Of a DNA stretch of 32,000 bases, positions 10,101-19,262 are shown piece by piece. A program made the position numbers and the translations under genes. Origin of the DNA: Caedimonas varicaedens (lineage in GTDB: Bacteria > Pseudomonadota > Alphaproteobacteria > Caedimonadales > Caedimonadaceae). The notes beneath the pieces are model-generated. The model searched no databases. It was given only the letters and a program-made list of their open reading frames with translations, and was not told the origin of the DNA. Numbering within the stretch: the first letter of the stretch is position 1; the number at the start of each line of letters is the position of its first letter. The stretch is taken from NCBI GenBank assembly GCA_001192655.1, contig BBVC01000099.1, forward strand, positions 913 through 32,912. Reading direction: 5' to 3'.

Positions 10101-12356
10101 CCAAATCAAAAACTGGAGATCAAAAGCTGTGTTCCCAAGGCGGTCAAGGATCTTTATATGCAAGTCGCACTGGTGGATGAGGGAATCCTCAACCTTACAA
10201 ATTATACGACTCCTGATCTTTTAAATTATTTCTTTGGTCAAACTTTTCTGATGTATACGGTGAGAGACAGTTATGGCTCGCTGGTTAATCCCTATGGCTC
10301 GCGTCCCACCAATTTTAAGGTAGGGGGAGGTGGTGGATTGGAAAAACTGGCTTTCAAAAATCTTGACGCCCGTACGTATAAAATAGTGAGCCTTATCTCT
10401 CCGATTCTTCATCAATTCAGGGAAGAAAAGGAAGGCTATTGTGGGTCTGCTTCTTTTGATTTGCCTGAATTTTCCGGAAATTTGCGTGTTATGACTATGG
10501 CTTGGTCTCCTGATGCCATGGGGTCAACGGATCATTCTGTTATCGTGCGTGAGCCGCTGGAAACCCATATTTCCTTGCCTCGATTCCTGGCGCCTCGTGA
10601 TGAAGCGCATGTGATGACAGAAGTTGATAATTTGACGGGATCAGATGGAAGCTTTTCTCTCAACATAAAAAGTGAAGGGTCTATTGTCCTGAAAGAACCC
10701 TTTGACAAAAAAATAACTCTTGCAAAAGAGCAGCGCCAAGCCATACCACTTACGTTGATTGCCGGTTCAGCAGGTGTGGGGAAGATCCGTTTAAAAGCTT
10801 TGGGCGCGCATGATCTAAAACTTGAGAAAAATTGGGACATTGCTATTCGTTCTCCTGTTTTTGAACAGCGCAAGCGTCGATATGGGACACTTGCGCCTGA
10901 CAAGGATGTTCGCTTTTCTCTGGTCGACTTTCAGGAGTTTTCTCCAGAGACAATGCAGTTTGACATCAGTATTGGTTCTGTTCCTACCTTTGGGTCAGCC
11001 AGCCTTATTAAAGAACTGAAAGACTATCCGTATGGCTGCCTTGAACAGCTTGTCAGCCGATTGGCGGCCTATTTGGAGCAAGAAGAACAGCCTTCAAAAG
11101 AAGCATCTGCCATAGAAACACTGATTAATAGGATTGTTTCTCTTCAATCTTATGATGGGACTTTTGTTCTTTGGGGTGGGCAGCATTCGGCTGAACCCTG
11201 GCTTTCGGTCTATGCTCTTGATCTTTTGTTCAAGGCGTCTCACCAAAAGCGGTTGACCTATGAGATTGTGCTGCAGCGGGGCATAAAATGGATGCAGGAA
11301 TTTACGCGTAATTCTTCTATTGAACCCAGGGATATGAGTGTAAAATCTTATATTCATTATCTGATGGCCCGGGAAGGATTAAGCACATTGGGGTCTTTAA
11401 AGTACTTTGCTGATAATCATCAAAAAGGACTCAAGGCACGCAATGATTTGGCTTTCATTGGGGGCGCTTTTGCCCATTTCAAGGATGTTGCTTCGGCAAA
11501 TACGTGGTTCAAGCGTGCTATTGCTTCTCCTGAAGCTAAAAAAGAAGAATGGAAGGATTTTTTCCAATCTCGCATCAGTGATACGGCTATCTTAATCAAG
11601 ATTCTGGCGGAGTGTATTCAGAATCAGCCTGAAGTACAAGATTTGGCAATGCAACTCGCAGATTTGTCAGCTCAGCCTTCTGCACTCAATACATTTGAAA
11701 AGGGATGGCTGATTCAGGCTGCGTCTGCTTTATCGGAATGGCAAAAGCCTCTTTTGTTGACTGTGCAGGATGAATGGATCGATAAAAATCTGAAAACCTG
11801 GAATAAAGTGTTTTCAATAAATGATCTCAAGAAACCGGTTGTTCTGGCGAATAAGGGGAAAGCGCCCCTTGTTTATACTCTTGATATCAAGGGAGAGCCA
11901 AAGGATCTTGCTCAATTCGCTGCACAAGGGTTTGAGATCAAGCGTCAATTGTTTGACAGGGCAGGAAAAGAGATCGATCCTGCTCAATTGAAATCAGGAG
12001 ATTTGGTGTTTGTTGTGTTGAGCGGTGCTGTGAAGGACGCTAGTGTTCATGAAGTTCTGCTTGTTGAACTCTTACCTGCCGGTCTTGAAATTGAACAGGT
12101 TGAACTTGGTTCATCGCTGTCTCAAAAAGAGTTTGGATGGCTTACGGATCTTACTGAACTTTCAAGGGTAGAAAAGAGAGAGGATCGTTATGTGGCGACC
12201 TTTAGATCAACGCAAGCACAACCTTTCAAGATCGCTTATATGGCTCGTGCGGTGACGCCTGGGACTTATGCTTATCCGGCGGCTTCTATTGAAAGCATGT
12301 ATCGTCCACAGTTTTCAGCCAGAACTCCCAGTGGGCAGATCAATATAAAACCATAA
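7164..12356 (+). CDS. Bacterial alpha-2-macroglobulin family protein (YfhM-like), thioester-containing
   Basis: This is a single ORF of about 1730 aa. GGAGAG at 7154-7159 precedes the ATG at 7164, which gives the signal-like N-terminus MFFSRFIVLFFSFFLLCVSWASQ. It contains the thioester motif YPYGCLEQ. The pbpC gene follows immediately, which is the classic pairing. Confidence 0.92.
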   Translation: MFFSRFIVLFFSFFLLCVSWASQPLPDFQLNSQQSQIATDYSQEILEGVQTASSEREALKRQVEARAAWDRQEWYGIRYGFIQVLKDNPKDYLAWVCLSQALSSKYFGDDKKAKQKAVAAALNAYKVAQNQNEKLIVLGILSKLDDGFDAIYKKQMQSRKDQDIEQDLAAKIKAYPSVFKVYDIDIPERTDTGSACLVWTKPLLRKKGYSFENFISLTPDLKNLGVIAKGNRLCLNGLNFGAAYTLTVKRGLPGEDDYKLEADANIDLLIQHRKPMLQFRERGYILPTYAPHSIPLNAVNVSKAKIKVWRIPVNNLPQQINRDEFMKQLYEWQAVDMTSHIGELVAEGEVDCQSEMDQTTTRGISLEQIIGQKLESGVYVIRASLGSGSSYEDRDNTTQWLVVSDIGLSTYKGPDGLHVIVRSLKTAEILKDVELTLIARNGRELGQARTDKQGYAKFDAALLQGQESNAPIMIIAQQKGENFTLLNLKNEGFDFSDRGAKGRVLSTKVDTYLFTERGIYHPGDKVNVTALVRDQQGKALTGVPLIFKIKRPDGLEVDRKTTQDQGAGAHTFVFPTQSSAYSGVWTIEAYVDPKGVEVGHVIFRVQDFVPPRINVSVTLPQKAVHPFESLETDVIAHYYYGPAASNLKTTIEIDLVEAISPFEALKDYHFGLEEASWVPQRVPLEESQTNAQGKVNAKVSLEASPDTTKILSARSTVTVYEAGGRGRTAEKTILYWHQPFALGIAAQFKDRVAPENGEASFHIIAVNETGKFQEIKNLTYTFYEETRHFTWFRSGNSWNYETSIDDRVINSGNISTDSRQPVSLKFPVKFGHYRLEVMDQKTGVATSFRFHAGWGGQSDLPDRPDLVEVSLDKPFYNPGEKAYLNITAPYEGELFVAALGDHFEPIYHGKASLKGNRLELPLKGSLLQKGGVYLMATVFRPADIRSEKMPGRAIGLIWLDLKDEKHMLDVSVSAPETARPNQKLEIKSCVPKAVKDLYMQVALVDEGILNLTNYTTPDLLNYFFGQTFLMYTVRDSYGSLVNPYGSRPTNFKVGGGGGLEKLAFKNLDARTYKIVSLISPILHQFREEKEGYCGSASFDLPEFSGNLRVMTMAWSPDAMGSTDHSVIVREPLETHISLPRFLAPRDEAHVMTEVDNLTGSDGSFSLNIKSEGSIVLKEPFDKKITLAKEQRQAIPLTLIAGSAGVGKIRLKALGAHDLKLEKNWDIAIRSPVFEQRKRRYGTLAPDKDVRFSLVDFQEFSPETMQFDISIGSVPTFGSASLIKELKDYPYGCLEQLVSRLAAYLEQEEQPSKEASAIETLINRIVSLQSYDGTFVLWGGQHSAEPWLSVYALDLLFKASHQKRLTYEIVLQRGIKWMQEFTRNSSIEPRDMSVKSYIHYLMAREGLSTLGSLKYFADNHQKGLKARNDLAFIGGAFAHFKDVASANTWFKRAIASPEAKKEEWKDFFQSRISDTAILIKILAECIQNQPEVQDLAMQLADLSAQPSALNTFEKGWLIQAASALSEWQKPLLLTVQDEWIDKNLKTWNKVFSINDLKKPVVLANKGKAPLVYTLDIKGEPKDLAQFAAQGFEIKRQLFDRAGKEIDPAQLKSGDLVFVVLSGAVKDASVHEVLLVELLPAGLEIEQVELGSSLSQKEFGWLTDLTELSRVEKREDRYVATFRSTQAQPFKIAYMARAVTPGTYAYPAASIESMYRPQFSARTPSGQINIKP
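11037..11048 (+). other. CLEQ thioester motif codons within the A2M gene
   Basis: The codons tgc ctt gaa cag encode C-L-E-Q in the context KDYPYGCLEQLVSRL. Confidence 0.8.
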
Positions 12357-12377
12357 TGGCGTGATGAGCGAACCCTG

Positions 12378-14468
12378 ATGCGATTTGGCGCTCTTTTATA
12401 CAGATATTTTTTTAGGCACTCCTCCAAGAATGCCAAACTGCTTTTTGTAATGTTGTTTTTCGTGACAAGCGTTTTTCTTGCGGTTGTTGTTGATTACTTT
12501 TTTCCTGTTGATACCTCACGGTTTCAGGACATTTCGATCGTTGTTGCTGCAGAGGATAAACCCCTTGCTCATGTTTTCCAGACCAAGGATGAAAAATGGC
12601 GTTTGGGAACTTCTCTCAAAGACGTCGATTCTTGTTTTATCAAACAGATTCTTTATCGCGAAGATCGCTATTTCTGGCTTCATAACGGGATTAACCCCTT
12701 TTCATTATTGAGGGCGACAAGTCAATGGTTGATCAATGGAAAAGTGATTTCAGGGGGATCAACCCTGACGATGCAGGTGGCGCGTTTACTTGAGCCTCGA
12801 CCTCGCACCCTTTCTTCCAAGTTCATTGAAATTTTTCGTTCTTTCCAGCTGGAATGGCATTTTCCAAAAAGCCAACTTCTTCAGATGTACCTGACCTTGG
12901 CGCCTTATGGGGGAAATATCGAGGGGATTCAAGCCGCATCCTGGCGTTATTTTGGAAAATCAGCACAGCATCTCAGTCCTTCTGAGGCGGCTCTTCTCAT
13001 TGCGCTTCCCCAGGCACCGCGTCGTTATTATCACCATTCTTTTACTCTCTCTGCCTTACAAGCCCGTAACCGTATTCTCGTCCAGTTGCATGAGGCAGGT
13101 TTCTTTGATAAGGCAACATTGATGGCAGCTCAAGATGAACCGCTTCCGGGTCAGCGCTTTGCTCTGCCCCGATATCTTCCTCATTTAGCGTATCGGCTCA
13201 AACGCCTTTTACCCCAACAAAAGAAAATTGAAACCACAGTTCAAATTTCTCTTCAAAATAAAATTCAACATCTTGCTTCTCAAGCGCTTAATATTTATCC
13301 GTCAGGCGTCAATATCGCGGTGCTCGTCGTCCATCACCCTACCCATAACGTGTTGGCTTATCTGGGGTCTATAGATTTTTTCAGTGTTCCCCGCCAGGGG
13401 CAGATCGATTATATCCGGGCGCTTCGTTCCCCGGGATCAACTTTGAAACCCTTCATTTATGGATTGGGATTTGAAGAAGGCATTATTCATCCTGATACGT
13501 TGGTGCGTGATGATGAAAAAACGTATGGGAATTATAAACCATCAAACTTTGATAAAGAATTTCATGGGATGGTCACTATTGAAAACGCCTTGTTGCTTTC
13601 GTTAAATATTCCCGTGGTCACGACTTTGCAAAGTTTGGGACCTCTGAAGTTTCTGGGGATTCTTGAAGAGGTAGGCATTACGCCTGTTTTTCCCGACCCC
13701 CTCAAACCACCCGGCTTATCTCTGGCTTTGGGAGGGGTAGGGATGACATTAGAGCAACTTACCGTGTTGTATCAAAGTCTTGCAGATAGAGGGGAAATAG
13801 CGTCACTGAGGTTCACGCACAATCAACCCAAAGGGGAAGCCTATCAATTATTTTTGCCCCAAACGGCCGCTCTGCTGACTCAAATCCTTCAAAAATCGTC
13901 TGAGATTGAGGGAGATTCTTCGCTGTCCTCAATATCTTTCAAAACAGGAACTTCTTATGGACATCGTGACGCATGGGTAGTGGGATATAACGCTTCCCAC
14001 GTTGTGGGAATCTGGATCGGACGTCCTGATGGCGCTCCATTTGGAACAGGAACGGGCGCGTCATTGGCTGTTCCCTTGATGAAGCAAATATTTCAGATTT
14101 TACCTGCTCCACGTTTTTCCAGGAAAGACCTTTTTCCTGTGAAGAACGCTTCTTTCCAGATTAGGGAAGTTCAAAAAGTTGGGTTTAGAGATCCAGCGGT
14201 GTCGTCTCAAGCGGTGCCACTTCAATTGCTTTTTCCTATTCATGACACGACTATCGAAGCGTTTGCAGGAAATTCTTCTTTCGGGAGTGTTTCTCTTCAG
14301 GCTGTAGGGGGCAAGCGTCCCTATACATGGGTCATCAATCAGGTTCCCTACGCATGTCAGGTATGGCGTCCTAAAACAGTCTGGACACCTTCTCAAAAGG
14401 GTTTTTATACAATCACTTTGCTGGATGCACAGGGACAATCAAAATCTGCTCATGTTGAGATCAATTAA
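12378..14468 (+). CDS. pbpC: Penicillin-binding protein 1C (bifunctional transglycosylase/transpeptidase-like)
   Basis: GT51 motifs are EDRYFWLHNGINP and GGSTLTMQVAR. Transpeptidase motifs are SPGSTLKP (SxxK), SLN and KTGTS. A C-terminal PBP1C-type domain is present. The gene starts 21 nt after the A2M stop. Confidence 0.9.
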   Translation: MRFGALLYRYFFRHSSKNAKLLFVMLFFVTSVFLAVVVDYFFPVDTSRFQDISIVVAAEDKPLAHVFQTKDEKWRLGTSLKDVDSCFIKQILYREDRYFWLHNGINPFSLLRATSQWLINGKVISGGSTLTMQVARLLEPRPRTLSSKFIEIFRSFQLEWHFPKSQLLQMYLTLAPYGGNIEGIQAASWRYFGKSAQHLSPSEAALLIALPQAPRRYYHHSFTLSALQARNRILVQLHEAGFFDKATLMAAQDEPLPGQRFALPRYLPHLAYRLKRLLPQQKKIETTVQISLQNKIQHLASQALNIYPSGVNIAVLVVHHPTHNVLAYLGSIDFFSVPRQGQIDYIRALRSPGSTLKPFIYGLGFEEGIIHPDTLVRDDEKTYGNYKPSNFDKEFHGMVTIENALLLSLNIPVVTTLQSLGPLKFLGILEEVGITPVFPDPLKPPGLSLALGGVGMTLEQLTVLYQSLADRGEIASLRFTHNQPKGEAYQLFLPQTAALLTQILQKSSEIEGDSSLSSISFKTGTSYGHRDAWVVGYNASHVVGIWIGRPDGAPFGTGTGASLAVPLMKQIFQILPAPRFSRKDLFPVKNASFQIREVQKVGFRDPAVSSQAVPLQLLFPIHDTTIEAFAGNSSFGSVSLQAVGGKRPYTWVINQVPYACQVWRPKTVWTPSQKGFYTITLLDAQGQSKSAHVEIN

Positions 14469-14643
14469 GCTTTTGGTATGTTTCTTTTCCATTAGACTTC
14501 TTTCGAAACCTTCGCCTTTGACTCCAGGGCGTTGTCAAAAATTTGTTCGTGGTACTGATGTACTCTCATGTACACTGTGGTCACTCACAAATTTTTTCCT
14601 AGCCCTGAACCAAAATGCTGGGTTTCAAAAGAAGTCTATTGAG

Positions 14644-15114
14644 TCAGGGAGAATTTTTAGTTTTCAGGAAATCTAGTTTGCCAATAAAATCCTTAAAGTC
14701 ACTGGGAGCTTCAAAGTCCTGATAAACGGAAGCAAAGCGTACATAGGCCACAGCATCAAGATCGCTAAGAGCTTCCATCACCATTTCTCCGATAATTTTA
14801 GAGGGGATTTCTGTCTCGCCTCTGGCTTCAAGCTGTCTGACCAGGCTACTGATCACGCGTTCAATTTTCTCTTCCCCTACAGGTCGTTTGTGCAAGGCTA
14901 ATCTGAGGGAGTTGGCGAGCTTATCATGATTAAAAGATTCAACATCTTCATTTTTTTTGATTACTTTGAGAGGAATCAATTGGACGCGCTCAACTGTGGT
15001 AAAGCGGGCACTGCATTCAAGACAGTGGCGTCTTCTACGAATCCCCGTATTTTCTTCAACAGATCGAGAATCTTTTACAGCCGTTTCGGAATGTCCGCAA
15101 AAAGGACACCTCAT
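14644..15114 (-). CDS. nrdR: Transcriptional repressor NrdR
   Basis: The N-terminus MRCPFCGH...[19 protein letters not shown] forms a zinc ribbon, followed by an ATP-cone. The start codon overlaps the glyA stop by 4 nt (ATGA). Confidence 0.93.
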   Translation of the reverse strand: MRCPFCGHSETAVKDSRSVEENTGIRRRRHCLECSARFTTVERVQLIPLKVIKKNEDVESFNHDKLANSLRLALHKRPVGEEKIERVISSLVRQLEARGETEIPSKIIGEMVMEALSDLDAVAYVRFASVYQDFEAPSDFKDFIGKLDFLKTKNSP

Positions 15115-16373
15115 GCAGCAAGTTCCGGATAAAGAGGGAATTGGTCACACAAGCGATTGACTTTTTGTCTGACTTCAGTGACTACAGGGGCAGCATTGCC
15201 TTCAGCAAGAGATTTGAGAACACGTACGATCATTTCACCGATCAGCTGAAATTCTTGTTCTTTTAAGCCACGAGTCGTCATTGCGGGCGATCCCAGACGA
15301 ATTCCCGAAGTTTTCATGGGCGGTAGAGGATCAAAGGGGATGCTGTTTTTGTTGCAGGTTATTCCCGCTTGCTCAAGGGTATCACTGGCTTCTTTGCCTG
15401 AGATACCCAGAGAACGCAGGTCAACCAACAATAAATGACAATCTGTCCCCCCCGAAACAAGGGAGATTCCCTCATTTTGAATAACGTCTCCCAGGGTCTT
15501 TGCATTTTTGATGATTTGTTGAGCGTATAATTTAAAGTCCTCTTGCAGAGCTTCTTTAAAAGCCACGGCTTTCCCTGCAATAACGTGCATCAGGGGGCCG
15601 CCCTGATTTCCAGGGAAAACAGCGCTATTCAGCCTTTTAGCAAGCGTATCTGTTTGTGCAAGAATCATACCGCCTCGCGGGCCGCGCAATGTTTTATGAG
15701 TTGTTGTTGTTACAACATGAGCGTAAGGGAGTGGAGAAGGAAAAACCCTTCCTGCAACCAATCCGGCAAAATGAGCCATGTCCACCATGAAGTAAGCGCC
15801 AATCTCGTCTGCCAGTGCCCTGAACCATGCAAAATCAATAACACGAGGATAGGCGGATGCACCTGCGATAATTAATTTTGGATGATATTCTCGTGCAAGG
15901 TGGGCGACCTGATCATAATCAATTAATCCTGTTTCTGGATCAACATTATACCCGACAGCTTCGAACCACTTTCCAGACAGGTTTACTTTTGACCCATGAG
16001 TCAAATGTCCCCCGCTATCCAGGCTCATCCCCAGAAAAGTATCTCCGGGATTTAAAAGTGCGTAGAAAACTTCTTGATTTGCTTGTGCGCCAGAATGAGG
16101 CTGAACATTTGCATAGGCACAATCAAATAACTGGCATGCTCGTTCGATGGCTAATCTTTCAGCGATATCCACAAACTCACATCCACCATAATAGCGTGCC
16201 CCCGGATAACCTTCGGCATATTTGTTGGTCAAGACAGAACCCTGGGCTTCCATAACAGCCAATGACGTAAAATTCTCCGAAGCAATCAGCTCAAGCTGGG
16301 AGCGCTGGCGATGCAGTTCGGATGTTTTTGCTGCAGCAATCTCTGGGTCAACAGTGGCGAGATAATTGTTCAT
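15111..16373 (-). CDS. glyA: Serine hydroxymethyltransferase
   Basis: [27 protein letters not shown] and the PLP-lysine site [14 protein letters not shown] are present. I chose the ATG at 16373. The track's start at 16379 is a TTG two codons upstream. Confidence 0.95.
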   Translation of the reverse strand: MNNYLATVDPEIAAAKTSELHRQRSQLELIASENFTSLAVMEAQGSVLTNKYAEGYPGARYYGGCEFVDIAERLAIERACQLFDCAYANVQPHSGAQANQEVFYALLNPGDTFLGMSLDSGGHLTHGSKVNLSGKWFEAVGYNVDPETGLIDYDQVAHLAREYHPKLIIAGASAYPRVIDFAWFRALADEIGAYFMVDMAHFAGLVAGRVFPSPLPYAHVVTTTTHKTLRGPRGGMILAQTDTLAKRLNSAVFPGNQGGPLMHVIAGKAVAFKEALQEDFKLYAQQIIKNAKTLGDVIQNEGISLVSGGTDCHLLLVDLRSLGISGKEASDTLEQAGITCNKNSIPFDPLPPMKTSGIRLGSPAMTTRGLKEQEFQLIGEMIVRVLKSLAEGNAAPVVTEVRQKVNRLCDQFPLYPELAA

Positions 16374-16436
16374 AGGCAAGAGTCTTTCAAATGACTGAAG
16401 AAATTCTCCTGAATTGTAAACATTTCATCCGCAGAT

Positions 16437-16452
16437 TCAAGAATATTCTTGA
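16437..16452. repeat. Perfect 16-bp palindrome TCAAGAATATTCTTGA between the tadG-like stop and the glyA start
   Basis: The palindrome is read directly from the sequence. It abuts the TAA of the TadG-like gene (16453-16455) and lies about 60 nt upstream of the glyA start. It shares the core GAATATTC with the palindrome at 26336-26351. Confidence 0.3.
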
Positions 16453-17907
16453 TTATTTTACAATTCGAATGCTTTGGGTAATATTGCCAATATTCTGAAA
16501 GATATCATAAAGATCCTGCGAACTTTCAGCCTGAAACGCATATTCGGGTTTAGTGGCGCAATTTGCGTAAATTTGTTTTGCTAATGAATCCGAAACTTCA
16601 AAAGTGACGGTGAAAATCTGGATGCCAGCTGCATTAATTTGTGAGCAAAGATTACTGAGACGATTATCAATATAAGTGCGCGAACTATTAATATCTGTCG
16701 TACCCAAAAGACCTTGAGCCAGGAAATTGGGACTGGGTTGACTATAACCATAAGCTGTAGGGTCACCATTAGGGACATAACCAGGCGCAGCATACCATTG
16801 GTCTTCTCCATCAGTGATAATTACAAGATATTTTTGAATTTGGTTATAGGGTTTTGGATCAATGCTTCCCCATTGTCCTGCCCATTTGGGAGAAATCGTA
16901 TTCCATCCCCAGACAAGCCCCAAATTACCAAAGGTCCCTCCTCCTGGAACAGGTTGCATGTCATTTATTTTTGAAATTAACGTACCGCTATTATTTGTCA
17001 GGGGTTGGATAGATAATCCGCAGCTACGATTTGGGCCAACGGTTACATAAGTACCTGTTCCTCCATCCAGGATAGGGTTTACGACATTTAAATTGCTTCC
17101 CACAATATTCCAGTCATTATTACCTGTTTGCGCCCCAAAAAGTCCATAGGTGGAAGCAACAAAATAGACAGGCCACTTGCGAGAGGAGCTGGGGGGATCA
17201 TCACTATCCATTGTAGGATCGGTATCAACAGCGCCCACACATCCTGCCCAAGGGGCATTCGTTGGAAAAGAACTTAGCAGTGCAGGATTGGATAACCAAT
17301 TTGTATGTGTATTGCCGATATTGACAGCGGCGACGTAAGGAACAATAGAGACAGCCATGGTATTGCTTGTGGCTTGGTTCTGAAAGACAATGTTGATAAG
17401 GTTTGTTGCTGCAGCTCGTAATCCTGCAATTTTTCCATTAGAGGCCATGGAGCCTGTATTATCAAGAACAAGAGCAAGTTCAGCATTTTGAAAAGTTCGG
17501 AGAACTTGTGAAGAACTTCCGACATTCATACTTGTAATCCCGGCAAATCCTCCTAAATAAGTAGGCATTGTGGCGTTTGCTGAAACAGTGACAGCCGTAC
17601 CATCGGGACTGACTGTGATATTAGGAGTGACGGTGGTGGTAGACCCCTGCGTGAAATTTGCATTAAAAAACTTAGTGATATTTGTTGTGGCATCTGCTGG
17701 CTGATATCGGGCGCCCGCAATTGCGCCAGCATCACAAGCATAAGCCAGCTCTGTATCAAAATATGAAACACGTGTTGTTTCTAAGGCCATCCCCGTTACA
17801 AGCATAAAAGGCACGAGAGCGAGTGCAAAAATAATTGCGACCGCACCGCGGGAATCAGAAAAATAATGAGCAGAGCGATGAGGCTTGCATTGAGTTGTTT
17901 GTTCCAT
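16453..17907 (-). CDS. TadG-like Flp-pilus pseudopilin/adhesin with a von Willebrand factor A domain
   Basis: The N-terminus SDSRGAVAIIFALALVPFMLVTGMALE is a TadE/G-like hydrophobic segment. The vWA-type segment AELALVLDNTGSMASNGKIAGLRAAATNLINIV is MIDAS-like, and ...YLVIITDGEDQ follows. An SD (GGAG) lies 9 nt upstream of the ATG at 17907. Confidence 0.75.
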   Translation of the reverse strand: MEQTTQCKPHRSAHYFSDSRGAVAIIFALALVPFMLVTGMALETTRVSYFDTELAYACDAGAIAGARYQPADATTNITKFFNANFTQGSTTTVTPNITVSPDGTAVTVSANATMPTYLGGFAGITSMNVGSSSQVLRTFQNAELALVLDNTGSMASNGKIAGLRAAATNLINIVFQNQATSNTMAVSIVPYVAAVNIGNTHTNWLSNPALLSSFPTNAPWAGCVGAVDTDPTMDSDDPPSSSRKWPVYFVASTYGLFGAQTGNNDWNIVGSNLNVVNPILDGGTGTYVTVGPNRSCGLSIQPLTNNSGTLISKINDMQPVPGGGTFGNLGLVWGWNTISPKWAGQWGSIDPKPYNQIQKYLVIITDGEDQWYAAPGYVPNGDPTAYGYSQPSPNFLAQGLLGTTDINSSRTYIDNRLSNLCSQINAAGIQIFTVTFEVSDSLAKQIYANCATKPEYAFQAESSQDLYDIFQNIGNITQSIRIVK

Positions 17908-17931
17908 CGTTTTAGTCTCCTCTATTCCTCG

Positions 17932-18498
17932 CTATTCTCCAACAAGGGTGTTCATGCTCCCAGTACGGGGAGCAAAAACAGATGCCCGATAGAGAATCGT
18001 GGGGGGGAAAAAATTGGCAAAAATAAGAGGTTTATAACTATAATACACTTCTGTTACAATCATCGTTTGATCTTGAATGACGGTGATATTACCCGGCAGA
18101 TTAGCAGGAAATTGGCCAGGTAACCCTAACTTGCTCGAAGCTCCATTAACGCTTTGTTGCCAGGAAATCGTCATTTTGGCAGGATCTGTCGTTAATCCCA
18201 CATTTTGCACTTGCGAAGCAACAATTGAGCCATTTGTATTAAAATCAAAAGGCTGTAAAACGTCTGAAGCTGTATTCAAATAGGCGGTCAGTATAGGACG
18301 GGTGATATTTTGGCGACTGATCATATCGCCAACCACGCCGGCGGCGCGAATGACTTTATTATTTAATAAAATATAGTTTGATATTTCATAGATCCCCGAA
18401 AATAAAAGAATAGCGACAGGCGCAATAAGAGCAAACTCTGACAAGATGTTGCCTCTGTTTATTTTAAAATAATTCTTTATGTTTTCTAAAAAACTCAC
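17932..18498 (-). CDS. TadE/TadF-like pseudopilin
   Basis: The N-terminal motif NRG-NILSEFALIAPVAILLF matches the G/xxxxEF prepilin-peptidase type. AAGGAG (18505-18510, minus strand) lies 6 nt upstream of the in-frame GTG at 18498. The track's ATG at 18534 would overlap the upstream gene by 26 nt. Confidence 0.7.
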   Translation of the reverse strand: MSFLENIKNYFKINRGNILSEFALIAPVAILLFSGIYEISNYILLNNKVIRAAGVVGDMISRQNITRPILTAYLNTASDVLQPFDFNTNGSIVASQVQNVGLTTDPAKMTISWQQSVNGASSKLGLPGQFPANLPGNITVIQDQTMIVTEVYYSYKPLIFANFFPPTILYRASVFAPRTGSMNTLVGE

Positions 18499-18508
18499 TT
18501 TAAACTCC

Positions 18509-19036
18509 TTAGGATCCAGGGGTAAATTGTTCATTCAAAACAGGTGTCTGGGCGTGCAGTGTCACGATGTTGCTGCCCCAAAATAAATTGAAGAAAGTAT
18601 TCCATGGATAGCTGACTTGATAAAGGACAGCCTGCCCCGGTAACCCGAAAGACCCTGAAACGCCCGGTTGTCCTGTTTGTGTCAAATCTGGATAAGCTGT
18701 GACAGTGACCTGAATTTTGCTGGGGTCTATAATACCAGCGCTATATTTACTGGCCGTTTGTTGAATGACTTGTATGATAGACTGATCTCGCGTCAGTCCT
18801 TGTTCGCTTTGACCGGTAATTCCATAACGCCCTGCCTCGCGGACTGCTGATTCCAGGGCATTTTGGACAGTCATCATAATACCTAAATTCAGGATACCAA
18901 ATACAAGGGTAATAAAAACAGGTGCTAAAATCGCAAATTCAATGAGAGATGTTCCATTCTCTCTCTTAAAAAAGAGTAATTTTCTTTTCAAAAACGACAC
19001 AACAGAAGAAAATGTTTGAAGATTTTGTCCAAACAT
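18509..19036 (-). CDS. TadE-like pseudopilin
   Basis: The N-terminus ENG-TSLIEFAILAPVFITLVFGILNLG is a TadE-like domain. A GGAGGGG SD lies upstream of the ATG at 19036. Confidence 0.75.
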   Translation of the reverse strand: MFGQNLQTFSSVVSFLKRKLLFFKRENGTSLIEFAILAPVFITLVFGILNLGIMMTVQNALESAVREAGRYGITGQSEQGLTRDQSIIQVIQQTASKYSAGIIDPSKIQVTVTAYPDLTQTGQPGVSGSFGLPGQAVLYQVSYPWNTFFNLFWGSNIVTLHAQTPVLNEQFTPGS

Positions 19037-19185
19037 AGATCCCCTCCCCTAATATAACTCATTATCAATTATTTTTTATTTACCTTTTCATTATACAACA
19101 AAATGTAATGCTTAAAAAATAAATTAATACTTTCTCTTCAAAAAAAGAATCTAAACATCCAGCCTGAAAAAAATAATCCCCTACG

Positions 19186-19201
19186 GTTAATGTTTCTTTA
19201 A
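19186..19201 (+). promoter_or_regulatory. Exact match to the CtrA full-site consensus TTAA-N7-TTAAC, about 62 nt upstream of flp
   Basis: The sequence reads TTAA TGTTTCT TTAAC. The second half-site belongs to an 8-bp inverted repeat, TTAACAAT (19197-19204) and ATTGTTAA (19239-19246). The functional assignment is an analogy with CtrA-dependent pilA in Caulobacter. Confidence 0.4.
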
Positions 19202-19262
19202 CAATTTTAGGGCAGTATGAAGGTGTACATTAAGTGGCTATTGTTAATTTAGGGAGATAAAA

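Noticed and set aside
14469-14643. Short direct repeats (ATGTAC-N4-ATGTAC) and weak hairpins in the convergent pbpC/nrdR gap
   Set aside because: The stems are 5-6 bp with bulges and no T-tracts, and the repeats are only 6 nt. They are indistinguishable from chance.
16380-16436. Riboswitch (for example ZTP/pfl) upstream of glyA
   Set aside because: The leader is only about 70 nt, AT-rich, and lacks the conserved GC-rich ZTP core.
18499-18534. 26-nt overlap between the two TadE-like ORFs as drawn in the track
   Set aside because: The overlap is an artefact of taking the most upstream ATG. An in-frame GTG at 18498 with a well-spaced AAGGAG SD removes it.
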